A DNA stretch of 64,000 nt from Myxococcales bacterium (GCA_031431215.1 JANPCZ010000120.1:5871-69870), one strand, 5' to 3'. Positions 1-10,088 are shown, counted from the stretch's first letter. Program-made: numbers and translations. The notes: generated from the sequence alone by a model not told the origin.

Positions 1-406
1 CGTACAGGGAGCGGCCGTCGGGTGACAGCGCCATGCGGTCGCAGCCGCCCTCATAGGTCTGCTCCCACAGCGGCTTGTCGGTCGTCAGATCAATCGCCAG
101 CACACGCTTGATGGTGCTGACGTACAGGCGGCCGGTGGTCGCGCTGGCGGCGATGCCCTTGACGTTCTCGACCGCCTCGCCCGGCTTGACGGCGAAGGTG
201 GCAATTCGCCGCACGAACTTGTGCCCCTTGTCGATGTCGAACACCAGCACACCGACGCCCCCGTGCTCGACGTAGTTGCGCACGCCCGGCGACGCGACGT
301 ACAGCAAGTGCTGCTCACGGCCGGCCGCCACGGCCGGGGTCGGGGCAAGCGCGACGGCGCCGAGGACGGCCGCCAGAACAAAGGACACGACGGATATGGG
401 GCGCAT
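1..406 (-). CDS. Secreted beta-propeller-like (lactonase/YVTN-type) protein, partial; C-terminus lies beyond the window start
   Basis: Minus-strand open frame from ATG 406..404 running off the window, so it is absent from the ORF track (no in-window stop). Translation MRPISVVSFVLAAVLGAVALAPTPAVAAGREQHLLYVASPGVRNYVEHGGVGVLVFDID... has a signal peptide with an AVAA cleavage site followed by propeller-like strands. GC3 is strongly biased. Confidence 0.45.
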   Translation of the reverse strand, partial: MRPISVVSFVLAAVLGAVALAPTPAVAAGREQHLLYVASPGVRNYVEHGGVGVLVFDIDKGHKFVRRIATFAVKPGEAVENVKGIAASATTGRLYVSTIKRVLAIDLTTDKPLWEQTYEGGCDRMALSPDGRSLY

Positions 407-491
407 GGCCCGGGAGACTAGATCAGAATCGCGGTCGCCGCGCCACGAGAGTCACGGCGTCGGCCGACACGGCACCCAAGGTCGCGCCCGG

Positions 492-1727
492 TCAGTCGTA
501 GCGCAGTGCCTGGATCGGCGAGATGCGGGCGGCGCGCATGGCCGGGTACAGACCCGACAGGATGCCCACCGCCATTGATACGAAGAGGGCCAGCGCGATC
601 GAAGTCACGGTGACCACCGTGGGCCAGTGGGCGTAGCTGGCGACCACCTGCGCGATGGTGATGCCGATCGCGATGCCGCACAGGCCCCCCAGGGCGCTGA
701 TCGAAAACGATTCGACGATGAACTGGAACACGATGTCCCAGCGGTGGGCTCCGATGGCCCGACGCAAGCCGATCTCGCGGGTGCGCTCCAGCACCGAGGC
801 CAGCATGATGTTCATGATGCCGATGCCACCGACCAGAAGCGAGATGCCAGCGATGCAGCCCATGACCAGGTTGAACAGGCGCTGGGTCTGTTGGCTCTGC
901 GCCAGCAACGCCTCGGGCACGACGATCTCGATGTCGTCGATACCGCCATGCAGGCCGTCCAGCAAGGCCTTGATCACGCCGGCGGTCTCGCTCGACGATA
1001 CGCCCGCCGCCAGGCGCACCACAATCTCGTCGAGCGGTGCGGCCAGTGGCTCTTGTTCCAGCTTGCGCGCCGCCGTGCTGACCGGCAGGTAGATCTCGTG
1101 CGAGGGCGAGCCGGCGCCCGTGCTGGTGCCGGCGCCAGGCGCGCCCGCGATATCGGCGGTGACGCCGACGACCTCGCACCACAGATCGTTGACCTTCATG
1201 CGGTTGCCCACAGCGGGCCCGTACCCGAACAGATCGCGGCGCACGCCGGCGCCGATCACGCAGACCTGGGCGTGCTCTTTCTCGTCAAGCGCGTCGAGGA
1301 AGCGGCCCTCGGCCAGCGGCACGTTGACCAGATCCCGGTGCCGGTGCGACACGCCATAAACTGTTGCCTCGGTCTTGGCCTCACCGGCCAGCACCTTCCA
1401 CGGGACGATCTTGAGCCGCGGACCGACCAGCTCGACGCCAGCGACTGCCTCGCGGATGGCCTCAGCATCGCGCAGCGACAGCCCGAGCGATCGCTTGCGC
1501 ACCGCCTGCAGCTCATCAGGGCGCAGTTGCTTGGCCTGGATGAGGACGTTGCGCAGGCCCATGCGATCGATCATTTTTTGAGCCTCGCGCGCGGCACCCG
1601 CGCCGATCGACAGGATCGAGATCACGGCGCCGACCCCGAACATGATGCCCAGCATGGTCAGCCCCGAGCGCATCTTGTGCGACGAGATGCCGTCGTAGGC
1701 CGATCGGAAGGCTTCGCTGACGTTCAT
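492..1727 (-). CDS. ABC transporter permease, MacB/FtsX family; permease only, no fused ATPase domain
   Basis: N-terminus MNVSEAFRSAYDGISSHKMRSGLTMLGIMFGVGAVISILS matches the MacB TM1 region. A large periplasmic domain is followed by three C-terminal TM helices. At 411 aa it is too short to contain a nucleotide-binding domain. ATG at 1727. Confidence 0.85.
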   Translation of the reverse strand: MNVSEAFRSAYDGISSHKMRSGLTMLGIMFGVGAVISILSIGAGAAREAQKMIDRMGLRNVLIQAKQLRPDELQAVRKRSLGLSLRDAEAIREAVAGVELVGPRLKIVPWKVLAGEAKTEATVYGVSHRHRDLVNVPLAEGRFLDALDEKEHAQVCVIGAGVRRDLFGYGPAVGNRMKVNDLWCEVVGVTADIAGAPGAGTSTGAGSPSHEIYLPVSTAARKLEQEPLAAPLDEIVVRLAAGVSSSETAGVIKALLDGLHGGIDDIEIVVPEALLAQSQQTQRLFNLVMGCIAGISLLVGGIGIMNIMLASVLERTREIGLRRAIGAHRWDIVFQFIVESFSISALGGLCGIAIGITIAQVVASYAHWPTVVTVTSIALALFVSMAVGILSGLYPAMRAARISPIQALRYD

Positions 1728-1753
1728 CGCGTTGTTGTGGCTCTGCCGGCCGG

Positions 1754-3061
1754 CTAGAGTGCGTTCTGTCGGATCTCGCGGCGTGGACCCGCGCTTGCGC
1801 TGCCCCGCGCGCCGCCCCGGGCCGGGGTCGCCATCATCTCGTCGACCGACTGGCCTGGATCGCGCAGCGCAATCCGATCGCCCGCCTTGACCCCATCGGC
1901 GACCACCACCCGTCCGACGGTGCCGACGCCCAGGCGTACCTTCACCGTTTCGAAGTCGTTCGAGCCCTTCTGACGGAACACCACCAACTCGTCGTTGCGA
2001 CGGAACACGGCGTGGCGCGGCACCACGAGCGCATTGTCCTGCCGGTCGAGTACCAGGGTCGCGTGTAGGCGCTGCCCGGGCTTGAGGCCGGCGGTGCTGC
2101 CTTCGATCGTCAGGGCGGTGGTGAAGTACTGCGTGGGCATCTCCGCGAACAGGGATTTCGGGAACGGCGACACCCTGGAGACTTTCGCCTTCAGGGTCAC
2201 GTCGGGGCGCGCCTCTAGTACGACGGTGGCTTGCTTGCCGACCTGCAGGCCACCAGCGTCACCCTCGAGGACATAGATCTCGGCGCTGGTCTGGTCGGAG
2301 GAGCCGATCTCGCCCAATCGCATGCCCTGGTACACCCGATTGCCAGTCTTGAGCGTGCCCGTGCGGGAGTTCCCCCGCTCGACGACGAAAGTCCCGTCAT
2401 GGGGTGCCCGCAACTCCAGCGCTGATAGCGCCGCGCGGGCGGCCTTGGTGCGCGCTTCGGCCGAGGTCTGGTCCACCGATAGCAGTTCCAGCTTGCTCTG
2501 CGCCAGGCGCTGCTCGACCTTCTTGACCGCACCGGCGTGGGTGAGGCGGGCCTGGTAAATCTCCTCATCCAGTTCGGATTCGACGACCTCCGATCGTGGG
2601 AAAAACCGCGGGTCCTTCTTGCCAAGCTTGCGCGCGTTGTCGAGTTCCTCGCGGGTCACCGTGGCAACGCGGTCGCGCTCATGCAGGGCGCTTGAGCTCG
2701 CGGTCTTCTCCTTCTCGATGCGCCGCATCGCCGCCTCGCGCTCGCCTTTTCCGTTCTCCAGCCAGCGCACGGCCTCGGTCGGATCGAAACGCACCACCAC
2801 GTCGCCCTGCTTCACCGGCGTGCCATCGTCAGCCATCCAGGCGATCATGAGCACCTCGGGGCCATCGGTCGGTGCCGACAGCACCGTGGTCTTGACCGGC
2901 TTGAGCACACCTTCGGCGGTGACCGTGCGGACAAACGGCGCTTCTTGGACCTCGAACGTGGGCACCCGCTCTCCTGCCGCGCCCTGCGCGCCCAGCCAGT
3001 TGCAGCCGCTACCACACAGCAGACCGGCCGACAGGGCTGCTGCGACCCGGCCCGTGATCAC
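1754..3061 (-). CDS. HlyD-family membrane fusion protein (periplasmic adaptor) 1
   Basis: Signal/TM N-terminus, long coiled-coil hairpin and beta-barrel segments typical of MacA/HlyD adaptors. GTG start at 3061 overlaps the upstream gene's stop (GTGA). Ends 26 nt upstream of the MacB permease. Confidence 0.8.
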   Translation of the reverse strand: MITGRVAAALSAGLLCGSGCNWLGAQGAAGERVPTFEVQEAPFVRTVTAEGVLKPVKTTVLSAPTDGPEVLMIAWMADDGTPVKQGDVVVRFDPTEAVRWLENGKGEREAAMRRIEKEKTASSSALHERDRVATVTREELDNARKLGKKDPRFFPRSEVVESELDEEIYQARLTHAGAVKKVEQRLAQSKLELLSVDQTSAEARTKAARAALSALELRAPHDGTFVVERGNSRTGTLKTGNRVYQGMRLGEIGSSDQTSAEIYVLEGDAGGLQVGKQATVVLEARPDVTLKAKVSRVSPFPKSLFAEMPTQYFTTALTIEGSTAGLKPGQRLHATLVLDRQDNALVVPRHAVFRRNDELVVFRQKGSNDFETVKVRLGVGTVGRVVVADGVKAGDRIALRDPGQSVDEMMATPARGGARGSASAGPRREIRQNAL

Positions 3062-4278
3062 GATCGCGGCTCCTCAGCCAGATCGCGCCGCGCCACTTGA
3101 TCGCCCTCGCGAAGCCCCGCCACCACCTCGGCCAAACCGCGGTTGCGTTTGCCCAGCGTCAGGCGGACGACCTCGTGTCCCGTCGCGGTCTTGCGGAAGG
3201 CCACCGGTCCGTCGGCGCGGACGAACACGGCCTCAAGGGGCAACAGCAGCACGTGGGCGACCCGGTCGGTCTCGATGCGGCCGCGCAGCTGCATCCCCGG
3301 CCGCATGCGCACAGCATCGGTCTTGGTAAGCTTGATGTCGATGCCGATCACCTTGAGCGGGTTGCGCACCGAGCGCCGGTACACCTGCGGTCGCAGAGCC
3401 TGGACCTCGCCCTCCCACTCGACCTCCGGGAACGCGTCGAGATGAAACGTCACCGGCTGGCCCACCGCCACGCGGGCTGATTCAGTCTCCTCGACCTCGC
3501 CCTTGGCCGTCATATCGGATACGTCGACGACCTCCAGGCATGGATCGCCGCCGTAGCACGAGTCGCCGACCTTGCGTTTCTCGCCGTGCCAGTTGCTGCG
3601 GTAGACGACGATGCCGTCCACCGGCGCGGGCACCGCGAGCTTGGTGATGGCAGATTCGGCCATCTTCATGCGCTGTGTGGCGCGCTCGACACGCTCCTTG
3701 AGGAAAGCGAGCTCGGCCTGGTTGAGCCGCAGGATCTGCTCGCGCCGTTTCCGGGCTGCGCTCAGCTCCGCGTTGGCGGATTCAGCGTCGAGCTTGGCGA
3801 TCTTCATGATCACCTCGGCGGTGTATTTGGCCGGCAGGTCAGCTTTGACCGCGGCCCGGCGCGCGGCGGATTCGGCCTCGGCCACCTTGAGGTCGGCATC
3901 CTTGATCGCCATCTCTTGGCCGTGTTGCTGCCTGCGCCAGTCTTTGTCGGCTCGATCGCGCTCGCTCGATCGTTCTTCCAGCCACACGTCCATCTCCGAG
4001 CTGTCGAAGATGATCACCGGCGTACCCTTCTTGACCTCGGTTCCCTCGGGCAGGATGCGCACGATCTTGAAATCCCATCCGCCCGGCACGTCGGGGTTGC
4101 CCACCGGGCTTGACCGCACCGCGCGTAGCGTGCCGGTCACGTCGACCTCCACCTGCAGATCACCCCGCTGCACCACCGCCCAGTCCTCGACGCTGCCGGG
4201 CGACGCGAACGCCGAGCAAGCGGACAGACCCGACAGCCACAGGGCCGGTGCCAGCCGGATCGAAGCAGACCCGGTCAT
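3058..4278 (-). CDS. HlyD-family membrane fusion protein 2 (lipoprotein-type signal)
   Basis: Trimmed to ATG 4278 (MTGSASIRLAPALWLSGLSAC, lipobox LSAC), which overlaps the upstream stop as ATGA. Coiled-coil plus HlyD barrel architecture. Confidence 0.75.
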   Translation of the reverse strand: MTGSASIRLAPALWLSGLSACSAFASPGSVEDWAVVQRGDLQVEVDVTGTLRAVRSSPVGNPDVPGGWDFKIVRILPEGTEVKKGTPVIIFDSSEMDVWLEERSSERDRADKDWRRQQHGQEMAIKDADLKVAEAESAARRAAVKADLPAKYTAEVIMKIAKLDAESANAELSAARKRREQILRLNQAELAFLKERVERATQRMKMAESAITKLAVPAPVDGIVVYRSNWHGEKRKVGDSCYGGDPCLEVVDVSDMTAKGEVEETESARVAVGQPVTFHLDAFPEVEWEGEVQALRPQVYRRSVRNPLKVIGIDIKLTKTDAVRMRPGMQLRGRIETDRVAHVLLLPLEAVFVRADGPVAFRKTATGHEVVRLTLGKRNRGLAEVVAGLREGDQVARRDLAEEPRS

Positions 4279-5495
4279 GGCGACGCTCGCCGCAAGCGCG
4301 TGCCCTCTTGCAGAGGTCCCGCCACCGCCACACACACCTCGGCGTTGCAGCCGCCCAGGGTCACCTCGACGGCGTTGCCGTCGCCAAGGTGCGTCCGGTA
4401 CGGCAGCGTCGCAAAGTCGATCGCCGGCCGGGGCACCAGCAGCTTGCCGCGCAGGCTGGCAGCCGCGACCTCGACCCGCGCCGACAGCCCCGGACGCAGC
4501 ACATTGGCCTCGGAGTCGTCCAGCTCGACCGCCACCTTGAAGATGCGCCGTTGTGATCGCTCCGACACCTCGCTGGCCACCGGGCTGACTTCGCGCACCC
4601 GCCCAGGAAAGCGCTGCTCCGGGTAGGCATCTAGCATCACCACCGCGGCCATCCCGACTTCGACGCGTCCGTCATCCACATCGCTGAGGTAGGCGCGCAC
4701 CCGCTTGAGCGCTTGGGTTGGCATGCGCGCGATCGACGTACCCATCAGCACGTCATCGCCGATCTGGAACTTGCGCCCCTCCGGGTGATCGCCGATGAGG
4801 AGGACTCCGTCGGCAGGGGCGCGGATGGTCAGGGTTTCGATCTGCTTTTCCACCCAGCGCACCTCGCGTTGTATTTTTTCCAGCGACAACCGCTTGAGAT
4901 CGATCTCCATCTGCATGGTGCGCCGGAACGCCGACAGCGCATCGTCGGCCCGGTCGAGATCGGTGCGCGCGCGGCGCAGCGCCAGTTGCTTCTCGAGGAA
5001 ATCGCGCTTGGGCAGGATGTTGGGCGGTATGTCGGCATCAAGCTCGGCGCGCTTGAGCACCGCGCGCTTGCGTTCGACATCCAGCGCCTTGTCGGATTCC
5101 TGCAGCGCCAGCTCCCACCGCTGCCGTTGCCCATCCGCCTCGGCCTGCGCCACCAGGATTGACTTGTCGCGCACCTGATTGGCAAGCGAAGTGCCGTCCA
5201 GCTCGGCCACCTTCTGCCCCGCCTTGACCACGGCACCGTCCTCCTCCAGCCACCGCACCGCCACCTTGGGCGCGGGCAGCCGCGGCACCTTGATCTCCAG
5301 CGCCGACACCACGTCGACCTCCCCGGTCAGCAACAGGCGTTTCTCGAAGTCGCCACGCGCAACCACCAGTTCCGTGGATCCCTTGGCCGCTCTGCCGGCC
5401 GACGACAGCGGTCCGGACTCGGCGTGCTTGCACCCCGCAACGATGGCCAGGGCGAGCGGCAGAAGCAGGTAAAACAACCGCACGGGAGGCCCCAT
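4275..5495 (-). CDS. HlyD-family membrane fusion protein 3 (lipoprotein)
   Basis: Trimmed to ATG 5495 (MGPPVRLFYLLLPLALAIVAGC, lipobox). Long coiled-coil hairpin then HlyD beta-barrel. First gene of the adaptor/permease run. Confidence 0.75.
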   Translation of the reverse strand: MGPPVRLFYLLLPLALAIVAGCKHAESGPLSSAGRAAKGSTELVVARGDFEKRLLLTGEVDVVSALEIKVPRLPAPKVAVRWLEEDGAVVKAGQKVAELDGTSLANQVRDKSILVAQAEADGQRQRWELALQESDKALDVERKRAVLKRAELDADIPPNILPKRDFLEKQLALRRARTDLDRADDALSAFRRTMQMEIDLKRLSLEKIQREVRWVEKQIETLTIRAPADGVLLIGDHPEGRKFQIGDDVLMGTSIARMPTQALKRVRAYLSDVDDGRVEVGMAAVVMLDAYPEQRFPGRVREVSPVASEVSERSQRRIFKVAVELDDSEANVLRPGLSARVEVAAASLRGKLLVPRPAIDFATLPYRTHLGDGNAVEVTLGGCNAEVCVAVAGPLQEGTRLRRASP

Positions 5496-5642
5496 TGTAA
5501 CCAAGCTACGCTTGAGTGGCGGGGACTCGCCGTGGGAAAACCGGGTCCGGGTGACAGGTGACACAAGGTGTTGCATTCCGAGCACAGTGTTCGCCATGCC
5601 TACATCGCGGACGGCCCCGACGTTGAGTGAGCACGCCGTGGA

Positions 5643-7154
5643 CTAGGCACGGTCCGAATGGACGGGAGGCTTGCGCCCCGCCCACGGCCGAGCTTGCTCA
5701 AGCTGGCCGGCCAGGCGAAAGAGGGTGGCCTCGTCGCCCACGCCGCCGGTGACCATCACGCCGACCGGCAGGCCATCACCGTTCCAGAACAACGGCACGC
5801 TCATGGATGGTCGCCCGGTCACGTTGGCGAGCGGAGTGAACGGCATGAACTCGAACACGCGCTCCAGGGTCCTGTCGACCACGCCCGGCAACCGCAGCGC
5901 CATGCTCAGATTCATGTGCGCGATGAACGACTGCATGGCGGCCTCGGCGCCGTGGGGCACGAGTTCGCCGTGCTTGACCGGCGGTCGCGCTAGGGTCGGT
6001 GACAACAGCACGTCGTGGCTGTCGAAGAATCCGGCGATGCGGCGGGACAGCGCCTGCAAGCGTTCTTTCGCCAGGGCCACGGCCGATGCGGGATGCTGGC
6101 GACCCAGCAGGTTGCACAGCCACGTGGCCGCCTCGAACTCGGCCGCGGTGGCTCGCTTGCCCAGCAGCGCTTCGCCCTGCGCGACACCCATCGCAACCGC
6201 GACACAGATGTGCGTGAAAAGGTCGCTCGCGAACTGTTGCGGGTCGATCGCCAGATCGACCTCCTCGACGTTGTGACCGAGCGATTCGAGTAGCCGCGCA
6301 GCATCCTCGACGGCCGTCGTACAATCGGCGTGCACCACACCCGGCAGGTACGGGGTCCGGGTCAACCCCACCCGCAGCTTGCCCGGTGGCAGCGCCACCT
6401 CATCGAGGAAGGGCCGCACCGGGGGCGGCGCCAGATACACGGCGCCGGCATCCGGGCCGTGGGTCGCATCGAGCATGGCAGCGCTATCACGCACGCTGCG
6501 CGACAACACGTGCTCGGTGGCGAAACCGAACCACGCCTCGCTGTGATCGGGCCCGTGTGGCATGCGCCCGCGGCTGGGCATGAGGGCGAAGATCCCGCAA
6601 CACGACGCCGGGATGCGCAGCGATCCGCCGCCGTCGCCGCCATGAGCCATCGGCACGATGCCGGCCGCCACGGCCGCCGCGCTGCCGCCGCTCGACCCGC
6701 CCGACGTGTGACCCAGCTTCCAAGGTGTGTGCGTTGGTCCGTGTAGCACGGGCTCGGTGAACGGCGCCAAACCGAACTCGGGGGTGTTGGTCTTGCCGAC
6801 AATCACGACGCCTGCACGCCGGTAGCGTGCGACCAGGGTGCTGTCGTGGTCTGCCACATGGTCGGCGAAGAAGCGGCTGCCCTCGGTTTGTCGGACACCC
6901 TTCATCGTGGCGGTGAGATCCTTGACCAGGAACGGCACCCCGCGGAACGGTCCGTCGGGCAAGCTGTTCGCGCCCGCGCCGTCGGCGACACGGCGGGCGT
7001 CCTCGAACAGAGGTGTCACCACCGCATTGAGGTCGCGGTTGACCCGACCGATGCGCGCGATGGCCTCTTCGGTCAGCTCGCGCGGAGACACCTCGCACCT
7101 AGCAACGAGCTCGGCCAGGCCGAGCCCGTCGAAACGGCTGTATTCAGAAAACAA
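5643..7154 (-). CDS. Amidase (amidase-signature family)
   Basis: Amidase signature [14 protein letters not shown] with surrounding Ser-cisSer-Lys context. TTG start 7 nt after the upstream stop. Confidence 0.85.
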   Translation of the reverse strand: MFSEYSRFDGLGLAELVARCEVSPRELTEEAIARIGRVNRDLNAVVTPLFEDARRVADGAGANSLPDGPFRGVPFLVKDLTATMKGVRQTEGSRFFADHVADHDSTLVARYRRAGVVIVGKTNTPEFGLAPFTEPVLHGPTHTPWKLGHTSGGSSGGSAAAVAAGIVPMAHGGDGGGSLRIPASCCGIFALMPSRGRMPHGPDHSEAWFGFATEHVLSRSVRDSAAMLDATHGPDAGAVYLAPPPVRPFLDEVALPPGKLRVGLTRTPYLPGVVHADCTTAVEDAARLLESLGHNVEEVDLAIDPQQFASDLFTHICVAVAMGVAQGEALLGKRATAAEFEAATWLCNLLGRQHPASAVALAKERLQALSRRIAGFFDSHDVLLSPTLARPPVKHGELVPHGAEAAMQSFIAHMNLSMALRLPGVVDRTLERVFEFMPFTPLANVTGRPSMSVPLFWNGDGLPVGVMVTGGVGDEATLFRLAGQLEQARPWAGRKPPVHSDRA

Positions 7155-7161
7155 GCGGCGG

Positions 7162-8478
7162 CTAGATGATGTCGGTCGCGCCCGGCACCGCCACGGGGGG
7201 AGTCGCCAGCTTGCCCAACTCGAACTTGGCGGGCAGCAGGCTCTCCTTGGAATTGAGCGCCTGCTCCCAGGTCACCTTCTTGCCCGTGTACGCCGACATG
7301 CGGCCCATGATCGCGACCAGGTTGCTCTCAGTCGCGTACTTGAGCTCGTTGTTCGGCTTGCCCTTGCGGATGCTCTCGATGAGATCGTTGTGCTCCTGCT
7401 GGTACGCATTGACCGACTTGCCCTCGAAGGTCCAGACCTTGCCGCCCTTGCCGGCCGGCGTGATCGAGTGGCCCTTGCCGCCACCCGGGTCCGTGCTGTC
7501 CCAGCGCCCCTTGGTGCCCTGCAGGTGCTCGCCGACCTCGTTGGCGCATCCGGGGATCTGGCGGGCCATCGACATCACGTGGGCGCCGGTGGGGTACTCG
7601 TAGTCGATTGCGAAGTGGTCGAAGACGTGACCGTAGGCCGGGTCGGTGCGCACCTGACGCCCACCCATGCCGACTGCGGACGTCGGTGGCTTGCCGATGA
7701 ACCAGGTCGCGACGTCCTGGTTGTGGATGTGCTGCTCGACGATGTGGTCACCCGACAGCCAGGTGAAGTACAGCCAGTTGCGCATCTGCCATTCCATGTC
7801 CGACCATTCCGGCTTGCGCGGCTTCAACCACAGAGAGGCCTGATTCCAGAACACTCGGCCCGACGTGATGTCGCCCATCGCGCCACCCTGAATGCGCTTC
7901 AGCGATTCAAGGTAAGCCTTGTCGTGGTGGCGCTGCAGGCCCACGCCCAGCCCCAGGTTCTTCTTCTTGGCGGCTTCGTACGTCTCGAAGCACATGCGGA
8001 TGGTCGGGCCATCGACTGCCATGGGCTTCTCGGTGAAGACGTGCTTGTTGGCGTCGATCGCGGCCTTGATCTGAGCCGCCTTGAAGCCCGGCGGGGTCGC
8101 GATGACGACGTAGTTGACGTCCTGGGCGATCACCTTCTGGTAGGCGTCGAAGCCGATGAACTGTCGCTCAGGGGGCACGCTTATCTTGTCGGCCAGGCCC
8201 TCCTTGCCCTGCAGGGTCTTGAGCGAGAGGTCGAGTCTGTCCTTGAACACGTCGCCCATGGCGACCAGCTTGACGCCCGCGGCGGCGCGCAACGCCTGTT
8301 CGGCGGCGCCGGTACCACGTCCGCCGCAGCCTATGAGGCCGACGCGGAGCTCGTCGCTGCCCGCGGCACCGGCCTCGCGCATGCGCCCGAAGCGGAGGAA
8401 CGCTGCGCTTGCCACTGTGGCAGCGCCCACCTTCATTACGTCGCGGCGATTCTGATCCTGTTTGTTCGTGTCGGTCAT
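7162..8478 (-). CDS. Gfo/Idh/MocA-family oxidoreductase with twin-arginine (Tat) signal
   Basis: N-terminus NRRDVMKVGAATVASAAF is a Tat motif. Rossmann GLIGCGGRG and a Gfo/Idh/MocA C-terminal fold. ATG 8478. Confidence 0.8.
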   Translation of the reverse strand: MTDTNKQDQNRRDVMKVGAATVASAAFLRFGRMREAGAAGSDELRVGLIGCGGRGTGAAEQALRAAAGVKLVAMGDVFKDRLDLSLKTLQGKEGLADKISVPPERQFIGFDAYQKVIAQDVNYVVIATPPGFKAAQIKAAIDANKHVFTEKPMAVDGPTIRMCFETYEAAKKKNLGLGVGLQRHHDKAYLESLKRIQGGAMGDITSGRVFWNQASLWLKPRKPEWSDMEWQMRNWLYFTWLSGDHIVEQHIHNQDVATWFIGKPPTSAVGMGGRQVRTDPAYGHVFDHFAIDYEYPTGAHVMSMARQIPGCANEVGEHLQGTKGRWDSTDPGGGKGHSITPAGKGGKVWTFEGKSVNAYQQEHNDLIESIRKGKPNNELKYATESNLVAIMGRMSAYTGKKVTWEQALNSKESLLPAKFELGKLATPPVAVPGATDII

Positions 8479-8496
8479 GGTGTGTTCCCCCTTCGG

Positions 8497-9519
8497 TCAG
8501 TACGGGCTCTCGGGTTTCATCTGTGACTTGAGGCCTTTCAAGGCCGGGTATTCGTCCACCGGGCGGAGCAGCCGAAAGCCGACGTTGGTCGCTTCGGTGT
8601 GCCACCAGATGCTTTGCGGATTTTGGGGATCTTGCTTGCTCCACCACTTCTCTGACAAGCGACGAGCCGCACACCGAAGCAACGCTGGCTTGTCATTCCA
8701 CCCGCCGCCACGCGCCACGTGGGGGAAGCGGCGGTTGCCCGGCAGCACCACCGGCAACTCGTCGGCCTTGGCCTTGGCGTAGGCGCCGGCGTCGTACTGA
8801 TCGATGGTCCACTCGGCGACGTTGCCGTGCATATCGTTAAGTCCGAACGGATTCGGCTTTTTGCCACCGATGGCGTGTGGCTTCTTGCCAGAATTGCCGG
8901 CGAACCAGGCGAAGTCACCCAGGGTCTTGGGGTTGTCGCCGAACGAGTAGGCCGTGTCGGTACCGGCGCGGCACGCATACTCCCACTCGGCCTCGGAGGG
9001 TATGCGGTACAGCGTCTTGGTCTTGTGAGCGAGCCAGCGCGTGTACGAGATGGCGGCGTGCCAGGTGACGGCGATGGCCGGCTGCTTGTTCTTGCCGTAG
9101 CCGAAGGTCTCGTCGGCGTAAGGCGGCGTCGGGTAGCTGATGGCGTCGGGCCCGCCACCTTCGATGTCGTCTCCGGCTAGCAGCTTCTTGGTGCCCTCGG
9201 CGGTGTACACCGCGTACTCGTCCCACGACACCTCGTTCTTGCTCATCCAGAACGGCTTGACCGAGACCTCGTGCTGCGGGCCTTCGTCCTTGCCGCGCGC
9301 CTTGTCCTTGGCCGGGCTGCCCATCAGGAACTTGCCACCCGGCAGGTAGACCATGTCGAAGGTGATCTTGGTGCCCGGGATGGTCTCTGTGTACGGCTTG
9401 GGCTCGGTGGGAGCGGGCGGCGGGGCCGCGGGCGCGGCGGGCGCCTTGTCGGCGGCGTGGGCGAGGGGGACTGCAGCCGCACACAAGCAGGCGATCACGT
9501 ACACGAGGCGGAGTTTCAA
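8497..9519 (-). CDS. Formylglycine-generating-enzyme (FGE/SUMF1) fold protein, secreted
   Basis: Signal peptide. Motifs YLPGGKFLMGSP, RLPSEAEWEYACRAGT and HGNVAEWT match the FGE-sulfatase domain. TTG start. Confidence 0.8.
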   Translation of the reverse strand: MKLRLVYVIACLCAAAVPLAHAADKAPAAPAAPPPAPTEPKPYTETIPGTKITFDMVYLPGGKFLMGSPAKDKARGKDEGPQHEVSVKPFWMSKNEVSWDEYAVYTAEGTKKLLAGDDIEGGGPDAISYPTPPYADETFGYGKNKQPAIAVTWHAAISYTRWLAHKTKTLYRIPSEAEWEYACRAGTDTAYSFGDNPKTLGDFAWFAGNSGKKPHAIGGKKPNPFGLNDMHGNVAEWTIDQYDAGAYAKAKADELPVVLPGNRRFPHVARGGGWNDKPALLRCAARRLSEKWWSKQDPQNPQSIWWHTEATNVGFRLLRPVDEYPALKGLKSQMKPESPY

Positions 9520-9602
9520 GGATGGATCCTTCGTGAGAGGCCGAGGGACGCAGCGTGCGACCCTCGGGGTTGGACGCGCAGTGAGGGGCGTTTTCTTCGA
9601 AC

Positions 9603-10088
9603 CTACTTCGAGACCTTCGTCAGCTTGCCCAGCGACGTGATCGTACAGTTGACGGCGCCCTTGGGGCCGGTCGCCGACAGCGATGCCGAGCTCGATTCAT
9701 CGGCCAGGAGCCCGTTGACGGTGAAGCTGTACTGCTGGAAGTTGATGGAAACGTTCACGCCCTGCTCGACGAACGTGCACGCCGGACCGGGCTTCAGGGA
9801 CGCGGTGCTGCCCTTGACATCGAGCTTCACGCTGCACCGCTCGAAGACCACCACCAGCGCCGATTCGATGCCCTTGTTGAGGGTCAGGTTGCCCGAAAGC
9901 TGGTCGGTCTCGACCACGTCGGCACACTTGGTTGTCTCGGTCCCGGCGGAATACATCCAGGTGCCGACGAAGCGATCGACCGAGTCGCTGCTGCCACCGT
10001 CGCAGCCGGCCGCGCCGAGCGATACCAGCGTGCCAAGCGCGAGCAAACCGAATCCCTGCGCAAACCGTCCCTTGATTGACATAGACAT
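9603..10088 (-). CDS. Lipoprotein, function unknown
   Basis: ATG 10088 preceded by a GGAGGA Shine-Dalgarno motif. MSMSIKGRFAQGFGLLALGTLVSLGAAGC carries a lipobox. No recognisable domain. Confidence 0.5.
   Translation of the reverse strand: MSMSIKGRFAQGFGLLALGTLVSLGAAGCDGGSSDSVDRFVGTWMYSAGTETTKCADVVETDQLSGNLTLNKGIESALVVVFERCSVKLDVKGSTASLKPGPACTFVEQGVNVSINFQQYSFTVNGLLADESSSASLSATGPKGAVNCTITSLGKLTKVSK

Noticed and set aside
418-1757. ORFs 418..1182(-), 627..1757(+) and 655..1092(+) overlapping the MacB permease gene
   Set aside because: Alternative-frame or antisense low-complexity (Arg/His/Gly-rich) translations with no motifs. The MacB frame has clear TM and periplasmic-domain signatures.
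5496-5642. tRNA, rRNA or other structured RNA in intergenic regions (5496-5642, 32123-32284, 34970-35104, 42349-42530, 47465-47751, 60219-60443)
   Set aside because: No cloverleaf-compatible segments or GGTTCGA-type T-loop motifs were seen by eye. I cannot exclude small ncRNAs without a covariance-model search.
6838-8526. 562-aa plus-strand ORF antisense to the Gfo/Idh/MocA and amidase genes
   Set aside because: Typical long antisense open frame of a high-GC genome. Ala/Arg/Leu-rich, no domain. The sense genes have strong motifs.
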